Assembly: GCA_965153455.1 (NCBI GenBank)
Contig: OZ234494.1
Span: 5,766,001 to 5,830,000, forward strand
Source of the DNA: Sphagnum compactum
Taxonomy: Eukaryota
Direction: 5' to 3'
DNA: 64,000 nucleotides
Under the pieces are notes generated by a model, which was not told the DNA's origin, made no database searches, and saw only the letters and a program-made list of their open reading frames with translations. The position numbers and the translations under genes were made by a program. Below, piece after piece: positions 38,991 through 52,299 of the stretch; position 1 is the stretch's first letter, and every line of letters starts with the position of its first letter.

Positions 38991-41900
38991 ATGGATCCTT
39001 CTTTCCTGTTTGCGGGAGTGCGTTTCGATAGGAAGCGCTTTGCCGCTGATGTCAATCGCTTTAAGGTACTCTTCTCATGATACCTTCAAACTCGCATCTG
39101 CCCGTTTACCAGGGTTTGTAAGGTTTACAAGGTTGTCGTCGTCTTCTTCTTCCCAATGAACGACCTCAAACCGATAGTCTAAAGTGATTACGACTCGATG
39201 GCTATCTTTTCACGCAGTTTTGTTCAAAATTTCTTTAATGGCTTTTGGATCATGTCGGTGTTTCTTTGATAAAAATCGTCTGAACTAAGCTATAAATGTA
39301 GTCTTTGAGGAACTCTTTAGTGCGCCAACGTCCGTAAATCTGGGGGTTTATGAGTAATTGCAATCGAGGTTGCGGAATCTTCTTGCCTCTGGTACGCGAT
39401 TGCAAATCGATCGCCTTCAAAAGATTCGTAACTATGGTCAGGAGAGAACTCAGTGGCACTTGTTGCGGGATTCTTTTCTTTTCATTGACGACAATGTGGT
39501 TATGAGTACTTTGTGTGTTTTGTGCACGTCTTTGGTGCGAATTAGGTGTGTTAGTTCTTATGCTAAACCATTTTGTTCTCTAGTTCTACACATCTTTATG
39601 CCTTAGGTTGTGGTTTTTAGGGTTTTTCTCAAGTTCCTTTGGTTAGAAAGAGAAAACTTGAAGTGTTTGCTTTGTGGGTTTTTTTTGTTGGTCATCTTTA
39701 CTGACTTATTTGTGGCCTTTTTAACTTGTTGGTGCAATAGCAACACGGTGGTGCTCTTCTTGATGATGAACATGATGATGACAAGCATGGAGGCCAAACA
39801 CAGAATGGATCAGATACTATAGCTTCATCAAACATGGTCGAAAGCACAGGTGTCCAGAAGAAGAAGAAGAAGAAGAAGAAAAGAAAGCTCAAGCATGAAG
39901 ATGGTAACGTTCTGAGCATTAGTGTCCATCTATTGAATGAATTTGAGTACTCTGTAGCCAGCTTTCAGCTGCTGTCTCAACAGCAGTATCCCGATTCCTG
40001 AACCAGCTGCTCGACCTTGAAGCTGGTCCCTGCTTTGTTGAATGGAAGCTGTGCTGTTAGGGTTTAGGGTTTTAGGATTAAATTAGGTTATTCATTGGTT
40101 CAGTTTGTCATACAGTGTTGAGTGTAGGGGAAGAAGACATTTTATTCTGGGGGCAGTAGCTGAAGTTGAGCACTGTGGTTTTGCCTGCATGTTATAGATA
40201 TGCTTCTAAAATTCTTCTCTATTTGGCAGGACCAGAAAGTTCATTTAACATATTTAAGCCACCCGAAGTTAACAATGATAAATCTGAGCAAAAGCCAAGT
40301 GAAAAGAGGAAAATCCCAGAGGCAGAGGTATTGTTGGCTGTTTCTCTTCTATGTACAGTTTCCAGTCTGGTCAATTGCTCAACATAATATCTTTATGCTC
40401 AACATAGTCCTGGATTTCTTTTCATATGTTTTCTGTGATGGATCAGATTAGATTTTTAAATGATTGCCCATGGTTTCATCACTCCAAAGGTTAGGCTTAT
40501 TACTACAAATCAGTGTGGAGGCCAAGACCATGCCAGACACATGTTTGAGAAGAACCATGATTTTGCTCACTACTGTAGCTGCTGTAGATTTGAGTTAAGG
40601 TCAATGTACATCTTGGTCACTTCTTAAACTGAACTTCTTCTGAACCCAACAGCTGCCCTTACCATAATCATCAGTGACTCAGATAAACAAAGGTTCATGT
40701 AAGATATTTTAGCTATCATGGACCTGCTAGATGCTTGCTCCACATTTTGAATGATCAGCAAATTCAGGTGTCTAACCAGTTTTCATAACATAGTTGCAGG
40801 TAGATTTTGAGTTGTTGACTGATTTCTTGTTTTTTATGGAATTCCTCCCAGTTTGTTGGACTGCAAAGGAAGAAGTATCGCATTCATGTAGCAGGACACA
40901 ACATTCCCGCGCCTCTTCTTGACTTTGACCAGCTAAAGACACAGTATCCTGCTCTGTGTGCATGACATAAGTTGTATTATGGATGAGAAGTTTACAAGAG
41001 AGGTATTTGAGGCTTACCTGCTGGAGTCTTTGGATATTACCTGGAGGATTTCACATTTCCTGCTTCTATTTGGGAGTTATGAGGTTTATGGTTTTGCATT
41101 TGCATGTCCTGTAAGAGTGTGAGAGATTGTCAATTTTATCCATGTTGGTATCTTTCTTTGACATCAAGGCAGATTCCGCTGCAAGTCATATTTGATGCAG
41201 AACATTGCTAATGCTGGATATAGGGAACCAACCCCTATCCAACGACAAGTGATTCCAGTCCTACTTGCGGTATGGACCTACTTATTGGGATTACTGATGT
41301 TGTGTTTCTGGGTAGGCTGGTAGAGGGGTTAATGTCACTTCCATTTGAGGTTATAGGGACCAAGACAGTTGGCACATATGACATGTGTCCTGTGGTAATG
41401 TCATGATGATGGCTCCAAACTGTCTATTCTTGTGGGACAGGGCCGGGAGTGTTTTGCATGTGCTCCAACTGGATCTGGGAAGACCTTGGCATTTCTTCTC
41501 CCTATACTGATGAGGTTAAAGGTGGGCTGCATATCACTGTGTTAACCCTAGCCCATATCCCTGGCTTGAAAACTCTCTTCGTCTGCTTCTATTTAGGTTT
41601 TCTAAGTTTAAAAGATCTGTTCCTTTGCAGAAGACTTCAAAGTGTTGAGAAACCCTTCATCCCATAGGTGCCATCCTGCATTTATCTGCAACCTTGTCAG
41701 ATAGAATGAAGTCAGGGGAGGGTTTGACCTACAGCATTTCTTTTATACTACCCACCTTGTACCCAGTAAACTGTACACAATCCTAACCCTTTCTGTACAG
41801 TTTACTGGGTACAAGGTGGGTTCAATTAATTCACATTTACTGCAGGACTGAAATCACGTAGGGGTTGTCTACCATCAAGTTGTGTAGGTGGTGGTGTTTC

Positions 41901-44445
41901 TTGTTGAGTAGGTGCATGTACTCAGTTCTATTCCTCTTGCTGTGAAGAGGTAGCAATGAGCAGTAGTACATGATTGTAGGTGCCCAGTAAAGATGGAGTC
42001 CGGGCAGTTATCTTGTGCCCCACACGAGAACTTGCTTTACAAACAACTCGAGAGCTGAAGAAACTTATTGTTGGGAAAAAGTTTCGGGTCAGAGTAATGA
42101 CCAAGGCTTTGGCACGATGCAGTGATTTCTCTAAGCTGCCTTGTGATATCCTTGTCTCAACTCCTCTGCGCCTGGATGCTCTGTTAAAGGAGTCAAAAAT
42201 TGACCTTGGCAGGTACATATCCTCTTAAGTCTTGAGAGTGTCTGCAGGCTGTGTTGGTAATCAGAGGTCACCACTTGGTGATCAGAATGCCCTTACTAAT
42301 GTGCAATCTCACAATTCAGCAAGTGCCCAAATTCTGTACAATGACTTTTCTGGAAATTGGTCTTGAAACTAGTAGGTCCAACCTTTATTTTTCTAGGTTG
42401 AGTAAATTGAACTTGTCTTTGCTGCAGGGTTGAGCATTTAGTCATGGATGAATCAGACAAACTCTTTGAGATGGGATTTGTAGAGCAAATTGATGCTGTG
42501 GTGGCATCTTGCACCTATCCATCCATCACCCGCTCACTTTTCAGTGCCACATTGCCAGATTCTGTTGAGGAGCTTGCACGCACTATTATGCATGATGCTG
42601 TCCGGATTGTGATTGGGGAAAGGTAAGGCTTCACCTTCCAAATATTGGAATATCAAATGTAACCTGTCTTTAGTATGCTTTGACTGCAGAGAGCCAGTTT
42701 GTGGTTGATTCTCTGCAAGTAATCCTGGGAATATTAGTGAATATGTGAGATCATTCTATGGTGGTAACTTTGACCAGCAATTGAGCAGTCTGTAACTAAC
42801 CCTTTTACAATGCTAAGTCATGCTGATTGCACTCTTGTAAGATGAGCTGCCAGGCAAACAAATTGTTACAAATAATTGATGTCACAATGGAAACAAGGCT
42901 TGTCTTTGACCCTGCACTGTGTGTTTTATGCAGAAACTCAGCTGCACAAACAGTGAAGCAGAGATTGGTATTTGTTGGAACTGAGGAAGGAAAACTACTT
43001 GCGTTACGCCAGATTTTTAAGGAGGTTTCCTTCATTCTTAGCTTTGTATTTGCATAGCTGGTGCCAGATCACTCAAAGTTCCTTTGCCCTTGCAGGAAAA
43101 GAGAGGATGTATTGTGATATTATTAGCCAACTCCAAGAGCTCTGTTATGAGTTCAGTCATGGGTATAAGACAGATTGGAAGAATAGTTTACATTCAAGCT
43201 GTACTTTATCAGATCTGCATGGAATTATGCATGGTATACCCTGTCTTCTTGTAATGCATGTTGGTATCGTTGCTCTACTTGGATCCTGGCACTGAAGTCC
43301 CACTTCAGTTGAATATTTTGTCTTCTGCACAATTGTCTCACACATCAACCTTGAAGTGACTAAAAGTTTGAAAGTGGGCATGCTTGCAGAGCTTGCAGCC
43401 CCCAGTGCTGATCTTTGTGCAGAGCAAGGAAAGAGCACAAGAACTCCATAGGGAGCTGGAAAATGATGACATCAAAGTGGATAGCATTCATGCTGACCGA
43501 ACTCAAGCCCAGGTAAAGATACCCTCCCACCACTGGGTCACTCAGGGAAGCAAAATTGGTGATGGTGTTTGGAATGCATGTGCTCATTAGCCTTCTTAAG
43601 ATTTATGGTTGGTAGGGATTATGGGCTTTCAGCTGTTATATGACCATGCTATCAACCAATTAGCCAGTTTGTGAGCGTATCATATATTGCTTTTATCTAG
43701 ATTGGTTGTCTACTGAGTTTTAGATTGTCTAGCATAGGATCTGTTTTATATAGAACAGCAGGAGTTTCTTCACAAGTGCAGGAGCATTTGTCACTAATCT
43801 GGGGACATTGGTCTTCAACCAGAGGGATGCTGCGGTGGAAAAGTTTCGAGAAGGGAAGACATGGGTGCTTATTGCAACGGATCTGTTGGGGAGGGGGATG
43901 GATTTCAAGGGTGTGAATGTTGTCATCAACTATGATTTCCCCCACACAAGTGCATCCTACATCCACCGAGTTGGTAGGTGGACAAATGTAGTGAGCATCT
44001 TTCACCTCTGTCACTATCTTGTGACCCAAAATTAAAAATAAACTCTCCTCTGGGCTTGTTCCTTATTGTCATGGCTCACCTGACTGATGCAGGCCGAAGT
44101 GGGAGAGCTGGGAGGTCTGGACAGGCAATTACTCTGTACACAGAAGAAGATGTGCCTCTGTTGCACTCTACAGCTCATATTATTCAAGCATCTGGATGTG
44201 AAGTTCCTGGCTGGATGCTCTCTCTTCCAAAAGGCCCAAAAAGAAAAGCTCCTACTTCTCGGGAGGCAATAAGCACTAGGCCTCCACTGGAGGCCAAGGT
44301 CTTCAAGCGAAAGTCAAACAAACCAATGCCTATGCCTGATGCCAAGGGTACCAATGAGAACCAACTCAAATCTAAGAAGTCCAGAAAGGTTCAACATATT
44401 TCTGATGAGGGAGTTCTGAATGGTTTAGTGAAGCCTCATCTGTGA
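38991..44445 (+). CDS. RH57: DEAD-box RNA helicase RH57/DDX52/ROK1. Exons 38991-39065, 39741-39903, 40230-40327, 40852-40943, 41173-41269, 41441-41521, 41980-42212, 42428-42622, 42934-43024, 43390-43512, 43823-43973, 44093-44445
   Basis: N-terminus [18 protein letters not shown]-motif [27 protein letters not shown] (typical of DDX52), [28 protein letters not shown]. Junctions are in phase. Confidence 0.93.
41750..41821. repeat. Perfect 28-bp inverted repeat with a 16-nt loop inside an RH57 intron
   Basis: ACCCACCTTGTACCCAGTAAACTGTACA (41750-41777) and its exact reverse complement (41794-41821). Confidence 0.95.
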
Positions 44446-46167
44446 TTATTTCACACATCCAAACTTTTCATCTGCATTTATTTGAATTGATCTCATACCT
44501 TTAATTTCAAGTAATAGAATGAGATGTCAAAACTTTAAAATGCTCAGATATCCAAGGGCATAAAACAAAAGATGGCATGGAGGGTAAGTAGAGTCAAAAT
44601 TGTGTTATGGACTCATCATGCACTCGCACAGACTTCACCATGCCCTAGACCAGTATGAGGGCATCACATTTTCTCGGTTTACTCCTTTTGTGTTAATGGA
44701 ACTACATACCAGTGGCAGAATGAAAATTCAATATCATTAATATGTCTGTTTGAATACATCATTAAAGTTTGTGTTTGTAAGCTTGTATTGTTGCCTTATT
44801 TCATCCTCTCTGGAGTGCCTGTTTTGTCATTGTGGTAAATTGTTTTGCCATTTATAGATAAAAGAGTTTTTATTTACACTAAACCTTAGTCCAAAATCAT
44901 TCAAATATCATTCAACAGATCCATCTATTTAATTTAAATCAATGTCCATTAACATTTTCTATATTTTCCAACACCGAAAATACTTGATTGTATTCACATT
45001 ATATTGGGTGATGCAACTAGTGTTGGGACATTGGGGCAATATTTGGACTCCATAAAAACCTAGCACATTTTTTCTAGTGTACCTGGAGAGTGCCTTAACT
45101 GGTTCAAAAGCTCATAACCTTTATGAAAAGCTCAACACTTTTCATAAACTCCATTTGGGGATTCATCATCAATAGTGATATTTTCCCCTTGAAAAGTTTT
45201 AAGTGAAATCTTCTCATGATTCCCTCCTCTGTTGATTATCCCAACTTCTGATGATGATGATGAACTTCTTAAATAGTGTCTCCTCGCCTCAATAAATATT
45301 GGACTTGTCCTTGACTAAAGTCATAATCCATTTTTCTAAGATTCATCCTTCCAATAGATGCTTCCAATGACTCATCATGGGAATCCTGTTTCATAATTCC
45401 CATGCGATTGTTCATGTGCAGCTACTTCCAGTTGTGATGCATAACAAAACAAAATGTTAAATGTCCTTTTTAGGTCATGTGGAGCCCTAAACCCTTGAAC
45501 AGTCCCACAATGGTCGCATTTTGGTAAACCTCCCCCCACCAATCTCATTGCAAAACCTACAAGTTCATTTCTCAGATAAACCTCAAGCTCCACGTCAAGC
45601 CTTCATTGCAACACATTCTCCCACTAAAGAAAAAGGTTTATGTTTTTAATTGACATCAAATTGTTGCATTGAATAACTCAATCAAGGCTTTTAAAAAGCA
45701 ACAATAATTGTCAGAAGTAAAGGACATGAATTTATACACAATATCTCTCGTCTTGCAATGACAGAATAATCTATTCATGTCAAGTCCCAAAGGGAACAAG
45801 AATATAAGGAAAAAAGATTAAACCTCTTTGAACATCCTTCTACCAAGAAGTCAAAATCAAGTTGGCCTCCATTTTAGACCTACGAATTTAAATCCCCTCT
45901 ACTTGGGGGTAACCATAAACCCCAAGCACTAAACCCTGAACACTAAACAACCTAAACTTAAGAAAGGAGCCTGTGGTAAATGACCTATTGACTTTTGTCA
46001 CTAATATAAGAATCATGTTGGATTTTGTTGGAGTTTTCTGGATGCGCATTGAGCATGTAATATGCAAGTATTGGTATTACACTAACCACCTCTGATGGTC
46101 TGACAGAGATGAATCTCCAACAGATGGTTTTGTGAACACAGTAGAGAATGGATTTCATAATTCTCTG

Positions 46168-46372
46168 CTAATGCAGAAGATACTGCAAGACTGTGTGATA
46201 TGTGCCCACAAGGGCAGCCATTGCAAGCCCATGCTGAGCAGTATGAATCCCTAGCCCTTTCCACAGCAATGGTTGATCAAATGGTATAATTCCTAATGTT
46301 CTCTGTAAGAAGTTCCCTGGCCTTGTTACCCACTTTAATAGCTTTCTCTCCATTGCGACATGCTGCAGCCAA

Positions 46373-46406
<34 letters not shown>

Positions 46407-49400
46407 CATATGAGACTTAATATTACATATGCAATTCCAACATCAAAAGATCAAAATATGCCTCTCAAGAGTCGATCATCATCATGTGACATCTAAAAGT
46501 CTTAAGTAACTCTCAGAGCCAACAATATGCAAAGCTAAGATGATAACATGTCATGCTCTATCACTTACAAAACCCTAAACAAAATAAGCTGTTACAAGCA
46601 AACAGTACATAAAATGATGCACATCCTAGTCTACTTGTACCTGTCACCTCTGCAATGTCCTTGCGCACTACCTGAAGCATCAGAGAAAGTTTTACCTTTG
46701 GTAAGACAGTAGCTTGACTCCTAGTCTTAGCAGTGTCCATAGGATGGGATGCCACAGCAGCAACTGATGCAGCAAGGCCGGCTGTAACACTTAGCTGCCA
46801 TGGTGTCAGAGGATCAATATCTTCCAAGGACCTGCTAATTACACAGAGATCACATGTCTCAACATTCAGTGTCTTCCCAAGCACTTCCCCCTCAGGACCA
46901 ATGACCATCACATCAAAAATAAAGGTCAAAAAATCAGTATGATCCCATGGTGCTAACAGATAAGTGTGATGTCCCAGACCCATTTGTGATCATGTTTGTA
47001 CATTGCCTGCAAACAGTCAGAAAAGTCCTGAGCTACTCAAAGAGAACAATTTAGATCTTTCCACCAGATGAAGTTTTGGCATTAAACCAGACAGAACAGC
47101 CTTGACCATTCTGAAGTGACTTCGCTCCCTGCAGCCTGCATTACCAATATTACAGATCATTGATGCAACTACGAGCAGAAGATAGTAGTGAATGGTCAGG
47201 ACTAGACCTTGGTGGCTCATCCATGTAATATGCCTTGTGCTCCAATAGGAACTCACATAGAAACTCCCAACTTCCAAAAAAGAATCCAGCATATGTGGCA
47301 TCCCGAAACAACCCCGGTCGAAATCCTCTCCACAGCACCTTCCAACCTTCGACATCAATTATCTGTCTAATTCCAACCATATCTCTGACAATTGGCGGAT
47401 GACCTGTTCCATTTGCCAACCAGGGGTACTTTTGGAGACTGCTTATCATGTTAGGGTGGGTTGCAGGCAGACCAGCAAGGGATTCCATAACTTGGGCCCA
47501 GTTAGCCTTGGGAGTGTAGAGAGGGTCCAGAGAGTGAGTCACGGCTGTGAGCTGCCTACGTGTCTTGAGAAAGTCAAAAGGTGTGGCAACAAGTGATTCA
47601 ACACACCCAGTGAACAAGCCTGCAAGAGATGCTTCCGACACTGTCATATCATTGGATCCTCGACCATCTGTCCGCACATTTCACATACCATAACCATCAG
47701 TCATCTGCCTCTTGCTGTCAGTCTACCTCATTTAAACCCCCTCCCCTCCACCTCTTCTTCTTCCATCCTTGTCACAAGTAGAAGACAGTGCCCTAATCAG
47801 CACAGATCTGTAAATGTATATATAATACATAATAAGCAGCCAACCCACAGACTACTTATGGTTGCCCCCTCTCCAAGAAATTAAGTGGAAGTACAAGTTA
47901 CAAAAGAAAAAGAGGTCAGAGCAGAAGACCCTCCATCAAAAAAAGCTGAAAAACATCATATTAAATGCAGGAGGAGATGGGGAATGGAAAAGATGTGAGA
48001 TAGGGATGCAAGGGTAGGGGACGATGATAAACCCACAGGTAGGAATTTCCGTTCTAAACACAACTGCAAAACAAATGCCAAAGTACAGCTATTAGTCACA
48101 TAGTCACACATGCTACATAGAGAGTGAATCACACCAGTAACGAAGGCTGAGCTAAGCTGATACACTCCAAAGCGTGCACCTAATACAGGCAACCTTCCCA
48201 GCAACTGCCACCCTGCTCCTCCATACACACCTGAAAGGCAACATCCAAAAATTGTTCAGTTTCTAATACTGTGTCACACTTACAAAGTAGAGAACAACTC
48301 TCACCACCTCTCAAATCTGCAGATTGCATGCAGGATTAAGGTTGAGAGGATGATAAAAACCTTGCCATACTTAATACTGTGTTGCACTTACAAAGTAGAA
48401 CAACTCTCACTGCCTCTTGATTCTGCAGGTTGCATGCAGGATTAGGGTTGAGAGGACCATTATAGAAACCTCACCATACTTTGAAGGAATGAGGGGATAC
48501 TAATGGACAGAAATGCACAGACAGCTATGAACAGTGTGAAATTACAATATATGTCCTCCTGCAGAACCCTAAACCCTAAACCCTGCCTGCCTCACAAACC
48601 AGTCAGCTGGAAGAATTAGGAGTTTTGCAGAGCTTTGGCAACTGGCACTCCAACTTCTTTGGGCATTGAGGGGTCACAAACATAATGAAAAAAGCTTCTG
48701 GGATGTGAATGCATGCCACAAAAAGTCTTGTGGCTAAAGCAATGTGGTAAAAAAGGTGCACAACCGACAAGCAATCTCTGTTGACAAAATCATGCAGGAG
48801 ATCTAAAAGAACTGCTCTTTGTAGTGTAAGCTATGTCCTCTCAACTTCTTTAGGCATGGCATTGATGGGTCTTCCTGAATGATTGTAGCCCCTCTCAAGC
48901 ACTCTCAAGCAAATGTAATGAACAAAGCTTCTGGGATGTGAATGCATGCCCTAAAGTCAGTCTTTTGGCTAGAGGAATGTGGTAAAAAAAGGTGCACAGT
49001 CAACAAGCAATCTCTGTTGACAAAATCACGCCAGAGAGCTTAAAGGATTGCACTTTGAGAAAGGAGAGTAGTAGGTCTGCTTCAAAGATTTCAGAGAGAA
49101 AAAAAGGGCAGCGCACCTGGTACTCCAACTCTCATCACCAGTATTGCCATCTCCCAGACTTTGCCTCCATTTGCAACCCCATTCTTGCCTGCATTGGCAG
49201 ACACCTGATCCCCATGGGATCAATTGCGTGTTAACAAATACACACATGTATGGACACAGAGCACAATATTCTTCTGCAGTTTCTAAATAGATGGAGAAGA
49301 ACAAGAAGAGCTTTCAAACATGAACACAACAACACAGTATTTTCTTCTTTCGAGACCGCACCTGGACAAGAGTCTTGACGGTGTCTAGAGGGTATGAGAC

Positions 49401-49496
49401 GGCGGCTTCGGAAGCAATCGCCGCAGCTGCCGCCAGGCCTTGTCTTGCTACCAGCGCATTCCTGTAATCCTCCAGCTTGTACTTGTTGAGCGCCAT
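46168..49496 (-). CDS. Mitochondrial carrier family (SLC25) protein, At4g15010-like. Exons 49496-49362, 49204-49117, 48230-48135, 47667-47208, 46831-46696, 46362-46168
   Basis: Three PX[DE]XX[KR] signatures: YPLDTVKT, TPFDFLKTR and HPMDTAKTR. Subfamily segments GARFGVY, HPNMISSLQKYPWLANGTGHPP and EGWKVLWRG. Junctions are in phase. Confidence 0.92.
48264..48481. repeat. Tandem duplication (2 x ~108 bp) in a carrier intron
   Basis: Units begin TAATACTGTG at 48264 and 48372. Confidence 0.85.
48651..49057. repeat. Tandem duplication (2 x ~190-215 bp) in the same intron
   Basis: Units begin CAACTTCTTT at 48651 and 48842 and share AAAGCTTCTGGGATGTGAATGCATGCC and CAAGCAATCTCTGTTGACAAAATCA. Confidence 0.85.
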
Positions 49497-49789
49497 CGTA
49501 ATCACCGTCTTCGTCTGGAGGAAGAAAGAGTTCGAGAGGGAGGAAGAGCGAGAGACTTCACGTGTTGTTGCGTTAGAAGAGAGAGAGAGAGCCAAACCCC
49601 GTCTAGGGTTTGGAGCTCAAGGATCCAGAAAGGAGGAGGTCCCATCTCCGTCTGCGTTTGGGTGTTGTTCTCTGCACATGCTGATTCTTTCTTTTGTGAA
49701 AGGCAGAGGCAGAGCAAGCCAAAATAGATCAATCAGTTGTTGTACACAAGGATGATGACTGCAAGAATGGTTTAGGGTTTAGGGTTTAT

Positions 49790-50414
49790 GGATTGCAGAC
49801 TGCAGCTGCAAGGAGCTGAACAAATCCTCATTCACTGGCAATAACAACACCATGCATAAGATTTAAATTGCTCATCTTTTCAACCGCCCATCACGACTTG
49901 TGAGTGTTTGAATCCTCTTTGAATGCATTCTGCAAGCTGAAGAAGAATGCAGCACATTAGATCTCAATTCCACCAATGCAGCAGCAAAAATTTGTGGCAA
50001 ATTTGATTGAAAGCCATGTTGATGACTGGGAGATTGGTTTATATGGCGGATTGCAGACATGATGACTGCAGCTGCAAAGAGCTTCAAATCCTCTCAGGAC
50101 TGGCAATAACAACCACCCATGCAATGATTCTTCGTTCATCTTTGCAGCCATGACTTGTGAGTGTTACTGAGTCAATTCTTTTTTTGAATGCATTACCCAA
50201 GCTGAAGAATGCACAACGGATCTCAGTTCCACCAATGCACAAATTGCTTGCTTGTGGCAATTTGATAGCCATGGAAGATGGCTAATATGGAGTGCAGACA
50301 TGATGACAGCAGCTGCAGGAGCTCCAAACCCTCAGTAGAACTGGCAATAACAGCGCCCATGCAAAAATTTCATGTTCGTATTTCCAACCAACCATGACTA
50401 ACTTGTGAGTGTTA
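49790..50414. repeat. ~250-bp tandem repeat (2.5 copies) upstream of the carrier gene
   Basis: Units start at ~49790, 50048 and 50289 and share TGCAGAC, GCAGCTGCA, ACTGGCAATAACA and ACTTGTGAGTGTT. Confidence 0.85.
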
Positions 50415-50676
50415 GTATTAAATCTGGGTATGAAATGCTGAAACTCAGCATTTAATGCACAAGGTTCGAGAGTAATTATAGTAGTTGTGCCTGTCAGAGC
50501 ACTGAAAATATATGCACCAACTGTGGAGGCGCTCAGGAAAAAGGAAAGAGGGAGTCAAAACAGGACCAAAAACTCAATTTGACACGCATGTCCTAAACCC
50601 TAAACCCATACATAATAAACTGTTCCAAGTTTTCTATTATTGTGAAACTTTTTCAGTACTGGATGTGAGTAACTCA

Positions 50677-50977
50677 GAGCATCTCCACCCCCACACACGG
50701 CAAACACCCCTTTTCATTAAATCTTGGAGCAGGATAGCGCAAATCCTGCTGCTCTCCGGTATTGATGGTCCATTTTGCAGTGGTCATTTTAACTCCTTTT
50801 AAAGCTCTTTTCTACTATGAATTTGGACAGTGATTATTATTACTTGTCCGTATAAATGGTCTTTGGGTGTTTGAAAAAGGGACTTTTATGACGTTTGTGG
50901 GTGGGGACAGTGATCATTAAACGATATTCTATTCTAAAATAAAAGAGTTGTTCACAGTTTTTAGGGTGGAGATGCTC
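50677..50977. mobile_element. Tourist (PIF/Harbinger) MITE, ~300 bp
   Basis: Perfect TIRs GAGCATCTCCACCC and GGGTGGAGATGCTC, flanked by TCA and TAA (near-TAA target duplication). Confidence 0.85.
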
Positions 50978-51320
50978 TAAGGTGCCTTTATGCCAGAGAG
51001 AATCAGGCTTCAAATTTTTCTCATAACCTACTTTGGCTGGCAGGATCTAAAGATTGTTTCAATATTGAATATTTCTCCCTCAAGAGAGCAAATCAATGAA
51101 GAGGGGGATAGATAGATAGTTTCCTTATATGAGAGAGACTTGAATTTGAGGAGAGTAGTGAAATAAATAAAATGTCTGAAGGCATGCAAATTTTGGGGTG
51201 CAATAAGCATTAGTCATTTTGACTGTTGTGATGTTCCTAGGTTCTCGAAAGCACCTCTTGTTCTGGTTCTTAAATTTTGTATTCTCGAAGGCAAATTTTA
51301 TTCCCAAAAAAATCCAAATT

Positions 51321-51614
51321 GGCTTTGCCTAGCAAGGCAAGGATATTGGGTTTAGATTCATTGTAGAGTATAGTAGCTTAAGGGATTTTGGCCCCTAGGT
51401 AATAATAGGTCTATTTATTTGTATGTGAGGATTTTTTATGATATTTTCGCTCATTTTGAAACTTGAGGTGAGGTATAGAATTATAATATCTTGAAGGATT
51501 TTGGTTTCTTTTAGAGGATTTTGGAAGATTATATTTTTGCATGGTGAAATATTTGATTTTCCATAATTCCTCTTCTGTCTTAAGATTATTTTTTTTAGTG
51601 TAAATGGCAAGGCC
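51321..51614. mobile_element. MITE-like element with short TIRs
   Basis: Ends GGCTTTGCC and GGCAAGGCC. Its first ~210 bp recur at 53915-54135. Confidence 0.6.
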
Positions 51615-52299
51615 ACAATGTGATGTACCTCTTGTTTTTTTACAAAGGTTTCACAAGGCCAATGAGAACCAAACTAATCTACTTTTAAACTCTAAAATCT
51701 AGACTACATTACTAGTTCTAATGGATTAGTATTTTGATTTTTTTTAATGCCAACTAATTTCATGTTTTTTCATCTCATACAATCGGATCCCAACTTTGAA
51801 ATATGTCTTCTTGCCCCTCTAAAATCAGCCTTCAAATATTCTCAAGTGTGCCACCCCAAATAAGCCTCAAACTTGCCCTAATCACCATTCTACCCTAACT
51901 TTGCCAAAATCAAGAAACTCAAATGCAAAGTGGAATAACATAACAAGGAAGAAACCCAAAAATTAAATTGGGCAATTTTTTTGGTATACATCATATCCAA
52001 TTCCTAAGGCATGGGTTGTTCCAAATCACTCCAAGACCTATGACAATCAAAAACAACAAATTGAATATATCAACTTTGACAAACATGGACATCAAAATTG
52101 AAGAAATTTCTTTTGAAAAATGCAAATAACAAGAAACAAAATGTACTAATAACCTATTGTTGTCATCCTCCAAGTCCAAAAGCCGAAGTGATACAATTAC
52201 ATCCTCATATTTATCCATTTTTTAAATTTTTTCCATCTTCATGAATTTCTCCATGGATGGCAAACCATCAACATACTCATATTTATTCATAGAGTGAAA

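Noticed and set aside
39180..39285. Intronic box C/D snoRNA in RH57 intron 1
   Set aside because: Only a degenerate C box (GTGATTA) and a CTGA; no terminal stem or recognisable rRNA guide. An Infernal or snoscan run would be needed.
45375..45593. 72-aa minus-strand ORF with a CxxC motif
   Set aside because: Short, non-ATG start and no supporting exons; possibly a transposon relic.
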